From NCBI GenBank assembly GCA_963717505.1, contig OY970342.1, positions 320,001 through 384,000 on the forward strand: a DNA stretch of 64,000 bases. Reading direction: 5' to 3'. A program made the position numbers and the translations under genes. This DNA comes from Candidatus Eiseniibacteriota bacterium. Its GTDB lineage: Bacteria; Eisenbacteria; RBG-16-71-46. Below, piece by piece: positions 54,642-64,000 of the stretch (positions are counted from its first letter, which is position 1; every line of letters starts with the position of its first letter). The notes under the pieces are model-generated. The model was not told the origin of the DNA. It ran no database searches and worked only from the letters and a program-made list of their open reading frames with translations.

Positions 54642-55499
54642 ATGAACTCGACATCCTCGCCGGCGTTGACCCTCGACCTGTCGATCGTGGTGGTGCACCA
54701 CCGGAATTGGGCGGACACGCGCGAGCTGGCCGCGGCACTCGCGACGCAGATCGATCCCGAGCGCCACGAGATCCTGGTGGTCGACAACTCGCCCGAAGTG
54801 CCGGCGCCGGCGGACGGCGCCGGGCCCGGGGTGCGGCTCCTGCGCCCGGGACGCAATCTGGGGTTCGCCGGCGGCATCAACTTCGGGCACGCGCACGCGC
54901 GCGGCCGCCTGCTGCTGGTGCTCAACCCGGACGTTCGCCCTCGCGACCGGGCCGTGGCGCAGCTGCTCGCCGCGCACGAACGCCACGCGCGCGCGGCCGT
55001 GCTGCTGCCACGATTGCTCGACCCCGAGGGCGGCGACCAGCATTCCCTGCGCACGTTCTACCGCTGGGAGACGATTCTCGCCGCTCGCTCCCCGTGGGGC
55101 CGCACGTCACGCGGACGGCGACGGCTCGCCGAACACCTGGGCGACCACCTCGACCGCACGCGCGAGCAGACGGTGGACTGGGGGCTCGGAGCGGTCATGC
55201 TGGTCGACCCGGCGCGCGTGCCGGCTGAAGCCGGCCGACTGATGGACGAGCGCTTCTTCCTCTACCTGGAAGACGTGGATCTCTGCCTGCGCGCCTGGCA
55301 GGCGGGGGGCGAAGTTCGCTACGTGCCCGGATCGGTGTTCACCCATCAACACCGACGCGAAAGTCGGAACCGGCCGTGGTCGCGCACGAACCTGCGTCAC
55401 CTGTGGAGCCTGATCCGCTTCGCGTCCAAGCACCACGGATTGCCGCCACGTCCCGTCCGCCCGAGTCCCGACCTGAGCCGCCAGGAAACCGCAGCGTGA
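54642..55499 (+). CDS. GT2 family glycosyltransferase
   Basis: VVDNS, NLGFAGG.N, LNPD, DERFFLYLEDVDLC. Confidence 0.88.
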   Translation: MNSTSSPALTLDLSIVVVHHRNWADTRELAAALATQIDPERHEILVVDNSPEVPAPADGAGPGVRLLRPGRNLGFAGGINFGHAHARGRLLLVLNPDVRPRDRAVAQLLAAHERHARAAVLLPRLLDPEGGDQHSLRTFYRWETILAARSPWGRTSRGRRRLAEHLGDHLDRTREQTVDWGLGAVMLVDPARVPAEAGRLMDERFFLYLEDVDLCLRAWQAGGEVRYVPGSVFTHQHRRESRNRPWSRTNLRHLWSLIRFASKHHGLPPRPVRPSPDLSRQETAA

Positions 55500-56986
55500 C
55501 CGCCGTGTTCGATCCGGCCGCCGCCGCCGACTCCGAAGAGCATGCGCTGGCGCGCGTCTGGGCGCGTCGACTCGAGCTGGTCGGCACCTGGCTGGTCTGG
55601 GTGCTCGACCTCGCGGGTGCGGCCCTCGCCTGGCAGGTCGCCTACACGCTGCGGCTCGCGTTCGTGCCGGTGCTCGGACCGATGATCAGCTTCACGTCGG
55701 GGGCCGACGTGCCGGTGTGGTTCCCGCAGGCGCTATTCCTGCTCGTCTACAGCATCGCGCTCTACGCCAACGGCTGCCTGAGCAGCGAACGGCCGGTGTG
55801 GGTCCTGCCGCGCCAGATGACCGCGGCGGTCGCGGCACTGCTGCTGTTCCTCGGCGCCTCCTACTTCTTCAAATGGCTGACCTTTTCGCGCGCATTCCTG
55901 GGACTGCTCGGCCTCACTTTGCTCGTGGTCATCGTGCTCGAATGGGTGGTGTTGCGCTTGATGCGCAATGTCATGCGCCGGTGGGGCCTCGGCATCCGCA
56001 GCGTGCTGGTGGCCGGCGATCCGGCGCAGGCGGCCTGGGTGCTCGAGGATCTCGAGCGCTCGGCGCGCGCCGGCGTGCGCTCCCTGGGTCTGGTGACCGA
56101 CGCTCCGACCGAAACCCTCAAGGCCCCCTCCGGGACGCGGACCTTCCCCGGCATCGAGCGGGTGGCCTCGTGGGCCTCGCGCCTGCGCGCCGACCAGGTC
56201 GTGCTGTGCCTGCCGGACTGGCCGTACGCGCGCCTGGCGCCACTGCTCGAATCCTTGGGCAAGGCCGGGGTGCGCGTCTACCTGCTGCGCCCGGATCTTT
56301 CGGTCCACCTCGGCGTCTACGAGGAGCCGCAGAACCTGTTCCCGGGCACCGAACTGATCGACTTCGGCGATCTCCGGCCGCGGCGCTTTCGCCCGGCGCT
56401 CAAGCGCATCTTCGACGGCGTGGTCGGCGGTCTCTTGTTCCTGCTCGCGCTCCCGATCTATGCGGCCATCGCCCTCGCGATCCTGGTGCGCGACGGCCGG
56501 CCCGTGCTCTACCGGCAGGAGCGCTGCGGCCGCGAAAGCCGCCCGTTCGTGATCTGGAAGTTCCGCACCATGAAGATCGGCGCCGAGCGGGAACAGGAAG
56601 CACTCGAGCAGCAGAACGAAGTCGCGGGGCCGATCTTCAAGATTCGCAACGATCCGCGGATCACCTCGCTCGGGCGCTTCCTGCGCCGCCACAGCCTGGA
56701 CGAGTTGCCGCAGCTGTGGAACGTGATGCGGGGCGAGATGTCGCTGGTCGGGCCCCGCCCGCCCCTGCCGGCCGAGGTCGCCCGCTACGAGCCGTGGCAA
56801 CGCGCGCGGCTGTCGGGCGTCATCGGCTGCTCGGGCCTGTGGCAGGTCTCGGGACGCAGCAACCTGCCGTTCGACGAGATGGCGATGCTCGACATCTACT
56901 ACCTGCGCCACATGAGCCTGCGCCTCGACACCAAGATCCTGGCCCGCACGTTCTGGATCGTGCTGGTCGGAGAAGGCGCGTACTAG
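55496..56986 (+). CDS. Polyprenyl-phosphate glycosylphosphotransferase (WcaJ/WbaP-like priming transferase)
   Basis: KRIFD, KFRTM, DPRIT, SLDELPQLWNV, SLVGPRP, GLWQVSGR. Confidence 0.9.
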   Translation: MTAVFDPAAAADSEEHALARVWARRLELVGTWLVWVLDLAGAALAWQVAYTLRLAFVPVLGPMISFTSGADVPVWFPQALFLLVYSIALYANGCLSSERPVWVLPRQMTAAVAALLLFLGASYFFKWLTFSRAFLGLLGLTLLVVIVLEWVVLRLMRNVMRRWGLGIRSVLVAGDPAQAAWVLEDLERSARAGVRSLGLVTDAPTETLKAPSGTRTFPGIERVASWASRLRADQVVLCLPDWPYARLAPLLESLGKAGVRVYLLRPDLSVHLGVYEEPQNLFPGTELIDFGDLRPRRFRPALKRIFDGVVGGLLFLLALPIYAAIALAILVRDGRPVLYRQERCGRESRPFVIWKFRTMKIGAEREQEALEQQNEVAGPIFKIRNDPRITSLGRFLRRHSLDELPQLWNVMRGEMSLVGPRPPLPAEVARYEPWQRARLSGVIGCSGLWQVSGRSNLPFDEMAMLDIYYLRHMSLRLDTKILARTFWIVLVGEGAY

Positions 56987-56990
56987 GGGG

Positions 56991-59051
56991 TCAGCCGGAC
57001 CAGTCCACCAGCACGGCCTTGGCGGCATCGATCGCCTCTTTGGTTCCCGCCAGCGCCACGACGTCGCCGGCCAACAACCGCTCGTGCCCATCCGGCACCA
57101 GCACCACGTGATTCCCGCGCGAAATCGCGATGATGGTGGCTCCGGTCCGTCCGCGCAGCCCGAGATCGGCGAGGCTACGACCCACGACTGGTGACGAATC
57201 GTTGATCCGGACCGGGAAGGGCTCGCCCAAGCCGGGCAACAGCAGATACGCCCGCTGCAACGCGCGTTCGCTCTCCTTGGGATCGTCCTTCCGTGTGCGT
57301 CCACCGATCGCGTCGACGATGACCTCGGCGGCCGCCCGCACGTGGCCCTGGAGGTCGGCGGCCGAGCGCCAAACAATGATGCCGATCACCACCAAAGTGG
57401 CAAGCAACACCACGAATCCGGAGAACGCCGGTAGGAACGGCTGAGTCACCGCCAGTAAGGGGGCGACCACCAGCATGATGGTGGTGACCTGGATCGCGAC
57501 CACCATGGCGCGCCGAGGCGCTGCTGCCAGGTCGAGCTTGCCGGGCTCGGGATCCGGGAATGCCCGCCGTGAAAGGATCTGCCCGAGGGCCCGTCCGTTC
57601 CGGACGATCCCGATCAGAAACGGGGTCGACAACAGAACCGCACCGGCGACCACCAGCGCCTTGACCTGGAACAACTGCCAACCGGTGCGCGCGGCGAAAC
57701 GCAGACCGAGCGGCTCGGCGGCCACCGAGCCCCCGATGCTGAGCGCCACGATCACCACCGCATCGATCGCCAGCCCGCGCAGTGCGCGCTGCAGGTACCG
57801 CTTGTCGGTCGAAGTTCCGGGGCGAGCGCGCAAGCTCTCGATCCAGGTTCCATAGAGTGCGGCAAAGGTCTGGAGCGGTCGCGGCAGATTCCGATCAATC
57901 CACGCGGCTGCCGGATCGGCGAGCCGGATGAACCATGGCGTCGTGAGCGTGGTGATCGCCGAGACCGCGACCACGATCGGGTAGTGCTCCGCGGGAACGG
58001 AGCCGCTCGCCAGCCCGACGCCGGCGATGATGAACGAGAATTCGCCGACCTGGCCGAGGCTCATGCCGGTCTGGACCGCGGTCCGTGTGCCCGCCCCGGT
58101 CAGGAACGTGGCCAGCGTGACCGCGCCGATCTTGCCGACCACCACCAGCAGCGTGAAGCCGAGCACCGCAGCCCAGTGCTCTGCGATCAGGCTCGGGACG
58201 ATCATCATCCCCACCGACACGAAGAACACGGCGAGGAACATGTCGCGCACCGGCTCGACCAGGCGCGCGACCACCCGCTCCTCGCCCGATTCGCCGATCA
58301 ACGAGCCGGCGACGAAAGCGCCAAGCGCCACCGAGTAGCCGACCGCCTGGGCCAGCGCCGCGGTGCCGAAACAGATCCCAATGCTGACGACCAGAGTGAT
58401 CTCGGAGCGCTTGAGGCCGACCACGAATCGGACGAATCGGGGGACCAGCAGGCTGCCGATCAGCAGGAACCCGACCAGGAACGACACGAGTCGAATGACG
58501 GTGACCACGATCGGCGCCACCTGCGTCGACCCCGAAGAAGCCGGGGTCAGCAGCGCCAACAGCAGGATCGCGATCAGGTCCTCGACGATCAGGATCCCGA
58601 TCACGAGATCGGTGAACCGCCCGCGCGCGCCGCGGTCCGCGAACGCCTTGACGATGATCGTGGTGCTCGAGATCGCGATCGCCGCTCCGGCGTAGAGGCT
58701 GGCCAGGACCGACCAGCCCATCAGCCGTCCCGCCTGGAAGCCGAGCCAGAGCATCAGGCTGCACTCCAGCACGGCGATGATGACGACGGACCCACCGGTG
58801 CGCATCAGACGGCGCACGGTGAATTCGAGCCCGAGCGAGAACATGAGCAGGATCACGCCCAGCTCGGACAGGGTCCGCACGATCCGCTCGTCGGCCACCA
58901 GGGGGATCGGCAGGTGGGGGCCGATGATCAGCCCGGCGAGCATGTAGCCGAACACCACCGGCTGGCGCAGGCGCTCGAACAGGATGGTCGTCACCGCGGC
59001 GACGGCCAGCACGAGCGCCAGATTGCGCAGGAGTTCGTGGGGTTCGTGCAT
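56991..59051 (-). CDS. CPA2 cation:proton antiporter with TrkA-C domain
   Basis: GVILLMFSLGLEF, SSTTIIVK, VEDL, ALGAF, FFVSVG, QVGEFSFI; C-terminal TGATIIAISR. Confidence 0.9.
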   Translation of the reverse strand: MHEPHELLRNLALVLAVAAVTTILFERLRQPVVFGYMLAGLIIGPHLPIPLVADERIVRTLSELGVILLMFSLGLEFTVRRLMRTGGSVVIIAVLECSLMLWLGFQAGRLMGWSVLASLYAGAAIAISSTTIIVKAFADRGARGRFTDLVIGILIVEDLIAILLLALLTPASSGSTQVAPIVVTVIRLVSFLVGFLLIGSLLVPRFVRFVVGLKRSEITLVVSIGICFGTAALAQAVGYSVALGAFVAGSLIGESGEERVVARLVEPVRDMFLAVFFVSVGMMIVPSLIAEHWAAVLGFTLLVVVGKIGAVTLATFLTGAGTRTAVQTGMSLGQVGEFSFIIAGVGLASGSVPAEHYPIVVAVSAITTLTTPWFIRLADPAAAWIDRNLPRPLQTFAALYGTWIESLRARPGTSTDKRYLQRALRGLAIDAVVIVALSIGGSVAAEPLGLRFAARTGWQLFQVKALVVAGAVLLSTPFLIGIVRNGRALGQILSRRAFPDPEPGKLDLAAAPRRAMVVAIQVTTIMLVVAPLLAVTQPFLPAFSGFVVLLATLVVIGIIVWRSAADLQGHVRAAAEVIVDAIGGRTRKDDPKESERALQRAYLLLPGLGEPFPVRINDSSPVVGRSLADLGLRGRTGATIIAISRGNHVVLVPDGHERLLAGDVVALAGTKEAIDAAKAVLVDWSG

Positions 59052-59250
59052 CGTGCGTTCGCCCCCCGGTCCGGGCGGTTGACGCGCGGCGCGCCCGCGC
59101 GATCCCTCATCAAGACCCGAAGTCCCTCAGATACCACACCGGGTTGCAGTCGCGCGAGGGCGGGCCCCGAGCCGGGCGCGTCGGCCGTCCTGCGTCGGCT
59201 TCCGGATGTCGACGATTGTCGCGGCCTAGGCCCTGTGATGAGATCCGTCG

Positions 59251-59925
59251 ATGCACGGGGACCTCGCCACCAGCCTGCGCGGATTCGGCCCGACCGGGAT
59301 CCTCGCGATCCTGGTCATTCTGGTGGCTGGGAACGTCGCGGTGGCCCGGATGGTGCTGATCCCGGTCGGCGCGATGCTGGTGCTGGCATGGGTGCTCCTG
59401 TCGCGCACCCCCTGGCGCGAGATCGGCTACGTCCGGCCCAAGAGCTGGATCCTGACGGTGGCGGTCGGGATCGCCTTCGGGTTCGTATTCAAGGTCGCGA
59501 TGAAGGCGCTGATCATGCCGCTGCTCGGCGCCGACCCGATCAATCAGGCCTACCATTTTCTCGCCGGCAATCGCGAGCTGCTCCCGGCCGCGATCGGGGC
59601 GATGCTGGTCGCCGGGTTCGGCGAGGAAACCGTCTTCCGCGGTTTCCTGTTCGAGCGCCTAGGCAAGCTGCTGGGATCGGGGCCCTGGGCCAAGGTCGCG
59701 ATCGTGTTCGTGACATCGGCGGGGTTCGGGCTGGTCCACTACCGCGACCAGGGACTCGCGGGCGCCGAGCAAGCCACGATCGTCGGCCTGGTGTTCGGCA
59801 CGATCTACGCCGTCACCGGCCGGTTGCCCCTGTTGATGATCGCGCACGCCGCGTTCGATCTGACCGCGCTCGCGATCATCTACTGGGACCTCGAAACGGC
59901 AGTCTCCCGGTGGTTCTTCCGATAG
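59251..59925 (+). CDS. CPBP (CAAX/Abi) intramembrane metalloprotease
   Basis: EETVFRG, FGLVH, AHAAFD. Confidence 0.87.
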   Translation: MHGDLATSLRGFGPTGILAILVILVAGNVAVARMVLIPVGAMLVLAWVLLSRTPWREIGYVRPKSWILTVAVGIAFGFVFKVAMKALIMPLLGADPINQAYHFLAGNRELLPAAIGAMLVAGFGEETVFRGFLFERLGKLLGSGPWAKVAIVFVTSAGFGLVHYRDQGLAGAEQATIVGLVFGTIYAVTGRLPLLMIAHAAFDLTALAIIYWDLETAVSRWFFR

Positions 59926-59951
59926 CATCCCCGGCACGCGCCAAAACGAGA

Positions 59952-59981
59952 GGCCCCTGCAGCGCATGCGTTGCAGGGGCC
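59952..59981 (-). terminator. Intrinsic terminator hairpin downstream of tRNA-Asn, possibly bidirectional
   Basis: 10-bp stem GGCCCCTGCA/TGCAGGGGCC followed on the minus strand by TCTCGTTTT. Confidence 0.7.
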
Positions 59982-59990
59982 CTCGGTCAC

Positions 59991-60065
59991 TGGCTCCTCG
60001 GGTAGGATTCGAACCTACAACCCTCCGGTTAACAGCCGGATGCTCTGCCGTTGAGCTACCGAGGA
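59991..60065 (-). tRNA. tRNA-Asn (GTT)
   Basis: TCCTCGGTAGCTCAACGGCAGAGCATCCGGCTGTTAACCGGAGGGTTGTAGGTTCGAATCCTACCCGAGGAGCCA: cloverleaf, GTT anticodon, encoded CCA. Confidence 0.97.
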
Positions 60066-60173
60066 ATGTCTTGTTGGGCGCGCGGGCGGGCCGGTTCGGT
60101 GCATCTCGAACGGAGCCGGTGGAGCCGGCGGGCGCGACAGGGCGGCGAGTCTACTGATCGCTCTCGACCGCGG

Positions 60174-60800
60174 TCAAGCCGCGAAGGTGCTCCGCGCCGC
60201 GCAATCCGGGCACGGATTCGGCGTGTGGCCGTTGCCCTGAGCGCCGTCGAGCCACTGGGCGGGGTCCTCGTAGTGCCCGTCACCGACGCACACGCGCCCA
60301 CAGCGCGAGCAGGCCGGCAACAGCGAAGCGAGCTGGCGGATTCTGCGATTCCGATCCTCGAGCAGCTCGCGGGCGCCTCGCAGCTCGCCGTCCACTTCCC
60401 TGAGGCTCTGGGTCGTCTCGATGATGCGGACGCCGGTGCGCACACGCGCCAGGATCTCGCCCATGTCGCACGGCTTGACCAGGTAGTCGTCGGCGCCGGT
60501 GTCGAGTGCCAGCAGGCGGTCGCTCAACTGGCCCTTGGCGGTCAGCAGGATGAAATAGGGTGCCGATTCCTTGAGTCCGGTCTTGATGGCCTGACACAGC
60601 TCGAGCCCGTCGACGTGCGGCATCATCCAGTCCGACAGCACCAGGTGCGGCTCTTCGGTCACGATCACCTTCATGCCCTCGCGGCCGTCGGCGGCGCCGA
60701 AGACCTGGTATCCCTCTATGCCCAGGCGCTTCTCGAGCACCGCGCGGAACAGACCGTCGTCTTCGACGACCAGGATCCTGATGTCCGCGGGGCTGCTCAT
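60174..60800 (-). CDS. Response regulator with coiled coil and C-terminal CxxC...CxxC motif
   Basis: ILVVEDD, LSDWMMP, GADDYLVKP; LLPACSRC...PCPDC. Confidence 0.87.
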   Translation of the reverse strand: MSSPADIRILVVEDDGLFRAVLEKRLGIEGYQVFGAADGREGMKVIVTEEPHLVLSDWMMPHVDGLELCQAIKTGLKESAPYFILLTAKGQLSDRLLALDTGADDYLVKPCDMGEILARVRTGVRIIETTQSLREVDGELRGARELLEDRNRRIRQLASLLPACSRCGRVCVGDGHYEDPAQWLDGAQGNGHTPNPCPDCAARSTFAA

Positions 60801-61198
60801 GCCGCTTTCCGCAGGTGTTGGGCGACCTGTTCGACGAACGCCGAGTGATCGGTGATCGGCTTGGCGACGTAGCCGTCGGACTGGCTCTCGCGCAGCAGAC
60901 CCTCGGCATCGCCTCGCATGGCATGGGCGGTTGCCAGGATCACGGGGACGCCCGCGGTGTCGGGCGAGCTCTTGAGGAACCGGCACAGCTCGACGCCGTT
61001 GACCGGCCGGCCGTCGAGCTTCGAATGCGCGAGCGACACGTCGAGGATCAACAGGTCGATCTCGCGCGCACGGATCAGGCGCAGCACCTCCTCGGGCGAC
61101 TCGGTGAGGCTCACCCGGTGTCCTCCGCGCTTCTCGAGGATCATCCGGAAGAGCAGCGCGTTCACCGGGTCGTCTTCAACCACGAGGATATGGCTCAT
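60797..61198 (-). CDS. Single-domain response regulator (DivK/CheY-like)
   Basis: ILVVEDD, LILDV, TAHAMRGD, YVAKPI. Confidence 0.9.
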   Translation of the reverse strand: MSHILVVEDDPVNALLFRMILEKRGGHRVSLTESPEEVLRLIRAREIDLLILDVSLAHSKLDGRPVNGVELCRFLKSSPDTAGVPVILATAHAMRGDAEGLLRESQSDGYVAKPITDHSAFVEQVAQHLRKAA

Positions 61199-64000
61199 GC
61201 GGCCTCCTGCCAGTTGGGTTCGGGATCGGACGAGTCCTCATCCGGTCCGGGTGGGCCTCCGCGCCGCACCTGAAGATGCCAGTCGATGATGTGAGGCAGA
61301 ATCATCGGGTGATTGTGGACCGAGGTCTTGGGCAGCACGTCGAGCACTTCACCGTGTTCGAGCAACCTCCGCTCCTCGTCGGACCGTGCCTCGGGAAAGT
61401 TGGTCAGGATGAGGACCGGCAAGTCGCGGTAGTCCCCGCTCAGCGTGAGTTCGCGCAGCACATCGTAGCCGCTGACGACCGGCATCATCAGGTCGAGGAG
61501 CAGCACGTCGAAGCCGCGCGGCTGGACCCGCAGGATGTGCAGGCACTCGTCACCGTTGTTGGCGACCTCGATGTGGAACCGCGATTCCGGAAGCACCTTG
61601 CGCACGAACGCCACGATCGTAGGGTCGTCGTCGGCCATCAGGACGCGCACCGGCCGGCTCTGGATCGAGCCGAGCATGGCGTTGATCTTGGCCAACAGCG
61701 CCGGCGCTTCGATCGGTTTGCCCAGGTGCTCCAGGCCTTTCGAGAACGCATTGCGCTTCAGGCGTTGCAACACTTCGTCGTCGAAACCGGTGACGAAGAT
61801 CAACGGTGTGTGGCGGGTGCGTTCGTCCTGGGTCATGCGCTCGGCCAGATCCCACCCGGTGCGCAGGGACGCGCCCTCGGCGCAGGTCAGAGCGTAGTCC
61901 AGCACGACGACTGCCGGACGCAGTCGTCGCGCCAGGACCCACGCACCCTCCGCGTGTGCCGACTCCACCGTCCGATAGCCGTTCCGGTGGAGCACGGTCG
62001 TCACGAAACTGCGGAACGACGGGTCGTCCTCGACCACCAGGACCAGCGGCCCGCCGGGCGGGCCCGCGATCCGTTCGCCGGTGTGGTCGTCGGCCGCCGA
62101 GGCCTCGCCCTCCCTGCGCCAGATCGGCAGGGAGAAGTGCATGCGCGTACCGCGACCTTCGCCTTCGCTCTCGACTCCGATGATCCCGCCCATCAACTCG
62201 ACCAGGCTGCGCGAGATGGCCAGACCGAGTCCGGTGCCGCCATAGGTCCGCGTCGTACTGCCGTCCGCCTGGACGAACTTTTCGAACACCTGCGCCTGGC
62301 GGTCGTGACGAATGCCGATCCCGGTGTCGACTACCTCGAACCGCCAGTACCCCAGGTCCGGGAGTTCAGTCGCGCGCACGGTGACGCTGCCCGAAGGCGT
62401 GAACTTGATGGCGTTTCCGACCAGGTTGATCAGCACCTGCTTCGCCTTGCGGAAGTCGGCCCGCACTCGGGTCGACGGCTCGTCCGGGGACTCGAACCGG
62501 AGCGCGAGTCCCTTGGGAACCGCCTGGATGTGGGTCACCGAATAGACTTCCTCCAACAGCTTGCGCGGATCGATCTCCTCGATTTCGAGCGTCAGCTTGC
62601 CGGCCTCGATCTTGGCGATGTCGAGCACGTCGTTGATCAGCCCGAGCAGGTGACGGGAGCAGTCCAGGGCCTGTCGCAGGAACTCTCGCTCCTCCTCGGG
62701 CGTGCTGCACATGCCGTCGAGCACCAGCTGCAGGAATCCGATCATGCCGTTGAGCGGGGTCCGCAGCTCGTGCGACGTGTTGGCCAGGAACTCGCTCTTG
62801 AGCCGCGAGCCCTCCTCGAGCTGGGCGTTCAGCTCCGCCAGGCGCCGGTTGCTGGTCTCGAGCCCCTGGGCGAAGTCGCGGATCTGCCGCTCGGCTTCGA
62901 TCTTCTGGCTGATGTCACGCACGACCACGGTGTACATGCGGTCGGAGCCGGTGCCGGTTTCGGCCACCGAGAGTTCGACCGGCGACGTGCCTCCGTCCAG
63001 CCGCTGGATCAGGCCGCGGCTGACCCGGCCGCTGGCGGCTTCGACGTTGGCCAGAGCGTGGTCTTCGAAGCGGACCATGCCGTCGAACGTCTGTCCCGCG
63101 AGGTCCTGGATCGGGCGCTGCAGGAGGCGCTCCGCCGCCCGGTTCGCACTGCGGATCCGGCCGTCGATGCCGAAGGTGAGAATCGCGTCGAACGCGCTGT
63201 CGAACACCGCCTGGGTCCGATCGGCGTGCCGTCGCGTCACCTCGAGCTCGCGCCGGGCCAGACCGATCTGATACTGCCGCCGCCAGAAGATCAGCGAGGC
63301 GACGACCAGGAGCCCAATCGCGATGTCGAATGCCACGAGTCCGGCGAACCCCTGAGAAGCTTCGGGCCCGAGAGCGTCGCGCGGAGCGCTGACCACCAGA
63401 CCGCAGTCGAGCTCGGCGATGAACAGGGTCACGGCCCAGGTCTCCTGGGCGCCGTCGTGCAGCACGAGCTGCGAGCGCACGCCGTCCGCCGCCGCGTCGG
63501 CGGCGGCGCGCTCGGATTCGGGCGGCAGTGGCCGGTGCGAATCCGGTGGGGCACGGCCCTGAGTCTTGCCCAGGATCACCGAGTGGCCGGCCTCCTGCCC
63601 CGCCAGGTACGCGCGCACACCCGAGATCCGGCTGTTGGGAGCCATCGAGGGTCCGAGCAACTCGTCGAGATCCGACCAGACGATGAGCGCATGTCCGGAC
63701 CCGGGAGATGCGGCAGAGGGCGCGACCGCGACCACCCAGTCGCCGGCGATCGACGAGCCGTCGAGTCGCGTCACCGCGGGGGCGCCGGTTTCGATGACCC
63801 GCGCGACCAGGTCGGCGGGCGGCCCGGGAAGCGTTGGTCCGGCGCTGATCGTCGCCAGGGCGCCGCGCGAAGTCGCGTGGATCTCGGCGGCACGCCAGCC
63901 GAGCAGGCGCGACGACTGCGCCAGCGTGACCCCGAGGGCGGGGGTTCGGAACTCGCGGCCACTCTCCGGCACCAGAGCCTGGGCGACGCCCTGGACTTCG
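61195..64000 (-). CDS. Hybrid sensor histidine kinase (TM, PAS, HisKA, HATPase, two REC); 5' end lies beyond the window
   Basis: FLANTSHELRTPLN, NLVGNAIKFT, DTGIG, GGTGLGL, two receiver domains; frame open to the right edge. Confidence 0.92.
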   Translation of the reverse strand, partial: EVQGVAQALVPESGREFRTPALGVTLAQSSRLLGWRAAEIHATSRGALATISAGPTLPGPPADLVARVIETGAPAVTRLDGSSIAGDWVVAVAPSAASPGSGHALIVWSDLDELLGPSMAPNSRISGVRAYLAGQEAGHSVILGKTQGRAPPDSHRPLPPESERAAADAAADGVRSQLVLHDGAQETWAVTLFIAELDCGLVVSAPRDALGPEASQGFAGLVAFDIAIGLLVVASLIFWRRQYQIGLARRELEVTRRHADRTQAVFDSAFDAILTFGIDGRIRSANRAAERLLQRPIQDLAGQTFDGMVRFEDHALANVEAASGRVSRGLIQRLDGGTSPVELSVAETGTGSDRMYTVVVRDISQKIEAERQIRDFAQGLETSNRRLAELNAQLEEGSRLKSEFLANTSHELRTPLNGMIGFLQLVLDGMCSTPEEEREFLRQALDCSRHLLGLINDVLDIAKIEAGKLTLEIEEIDPRKLLEEVYSVTHIQAVPKGLALRFESPDEPSTRVRADFRKAKQVLINLVGNAIKFTPSGSVTVRATELPDLGYWRFEVVDTGIGIRHDRQAQVFEKFVQADGSTTRTYGGTGLGLAISRSLVELMGGIIGVESEGEGRGTRMHFSLPIWRREGEASAADDHTGERIAGPPGGPLVLVVEDDPSFRSFVTTVLHRNGYRTVESAHAEGAWVLARRLRPAVVVLDYALTCAEGASLRTGWDLAERMTQDERTRHTPLIFVTGFDDEVLQRLKRNAFSKGLEHLGKPIEAPALLAKINAMLGSIQSRPVRVLMADDDPTIVAFVRKVLPESRFHIEVANNGDECLHILRVQPRGFDVLLLDLMMPVVSGYDVLRELTLSGDYRDLPVLILTNFPEARSDEERRLLEHGEVLDVLPKTSVHNHPMILPHIIDWHLQVRRGGPPGPDEDSSDPEPNWQEAA

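Noticed and set aside
59991-60065. tRNA-Asn as an integration site for an island
   Set aside because: No integrase, and I did not see a duplicated tRNA 3' end in the window.

Overview
High-GC, gene-dense bacterial chromosome segment with about 57 CDS and one tRNA-Asn. Six secreted proteins end in FlgD-Ig/T9SS-like domains and one ends in a TWGxxK tail, which suggests an FCB-group lineage such as Ca. Eisenbacteria (inference). No CRISPR array, integrase, transposase or rRNA was seen. Main highlights: (1) aconitase AcnA carries a ~1.57 kb LAGLIDADG intein inserted inside the Fe-S-ligand motif CTT|CIGN, and the locus is full of indels. (2) A MerB-like organomercurial lyase appears split in the ORF track but is one frame with an in-frame UGA at the second catalytic Cys position followed by a SECIS-like hairpin, so it is a probable selenoprotein. 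(3) Divergent from it is a Cys-rich leader ending in a RAPP ribosome-arrest motif; its codons pair with the Shine-Dalgarno of a 48-aa secreted Cys-rich peptide. (4) An L,D-transpeptidase (YkuD) is fused to a MurC/Mpl-type ligase. (5) A Ser/Thr kinase-BRCT fusion sits behind tandem TGTCC-N4-GGACA palindromes. Also present: PilT with a DUF4388 partner, an amidase with a Tat-signal partner, tandem arylsulfotransferases, a type III PKS/methyltransferase pair, a 12-repeat NHL protein, ettA, ispG, a glycosylation cluster and a two-component cluster. All calls come from reading motifs by eye; no searches were run.
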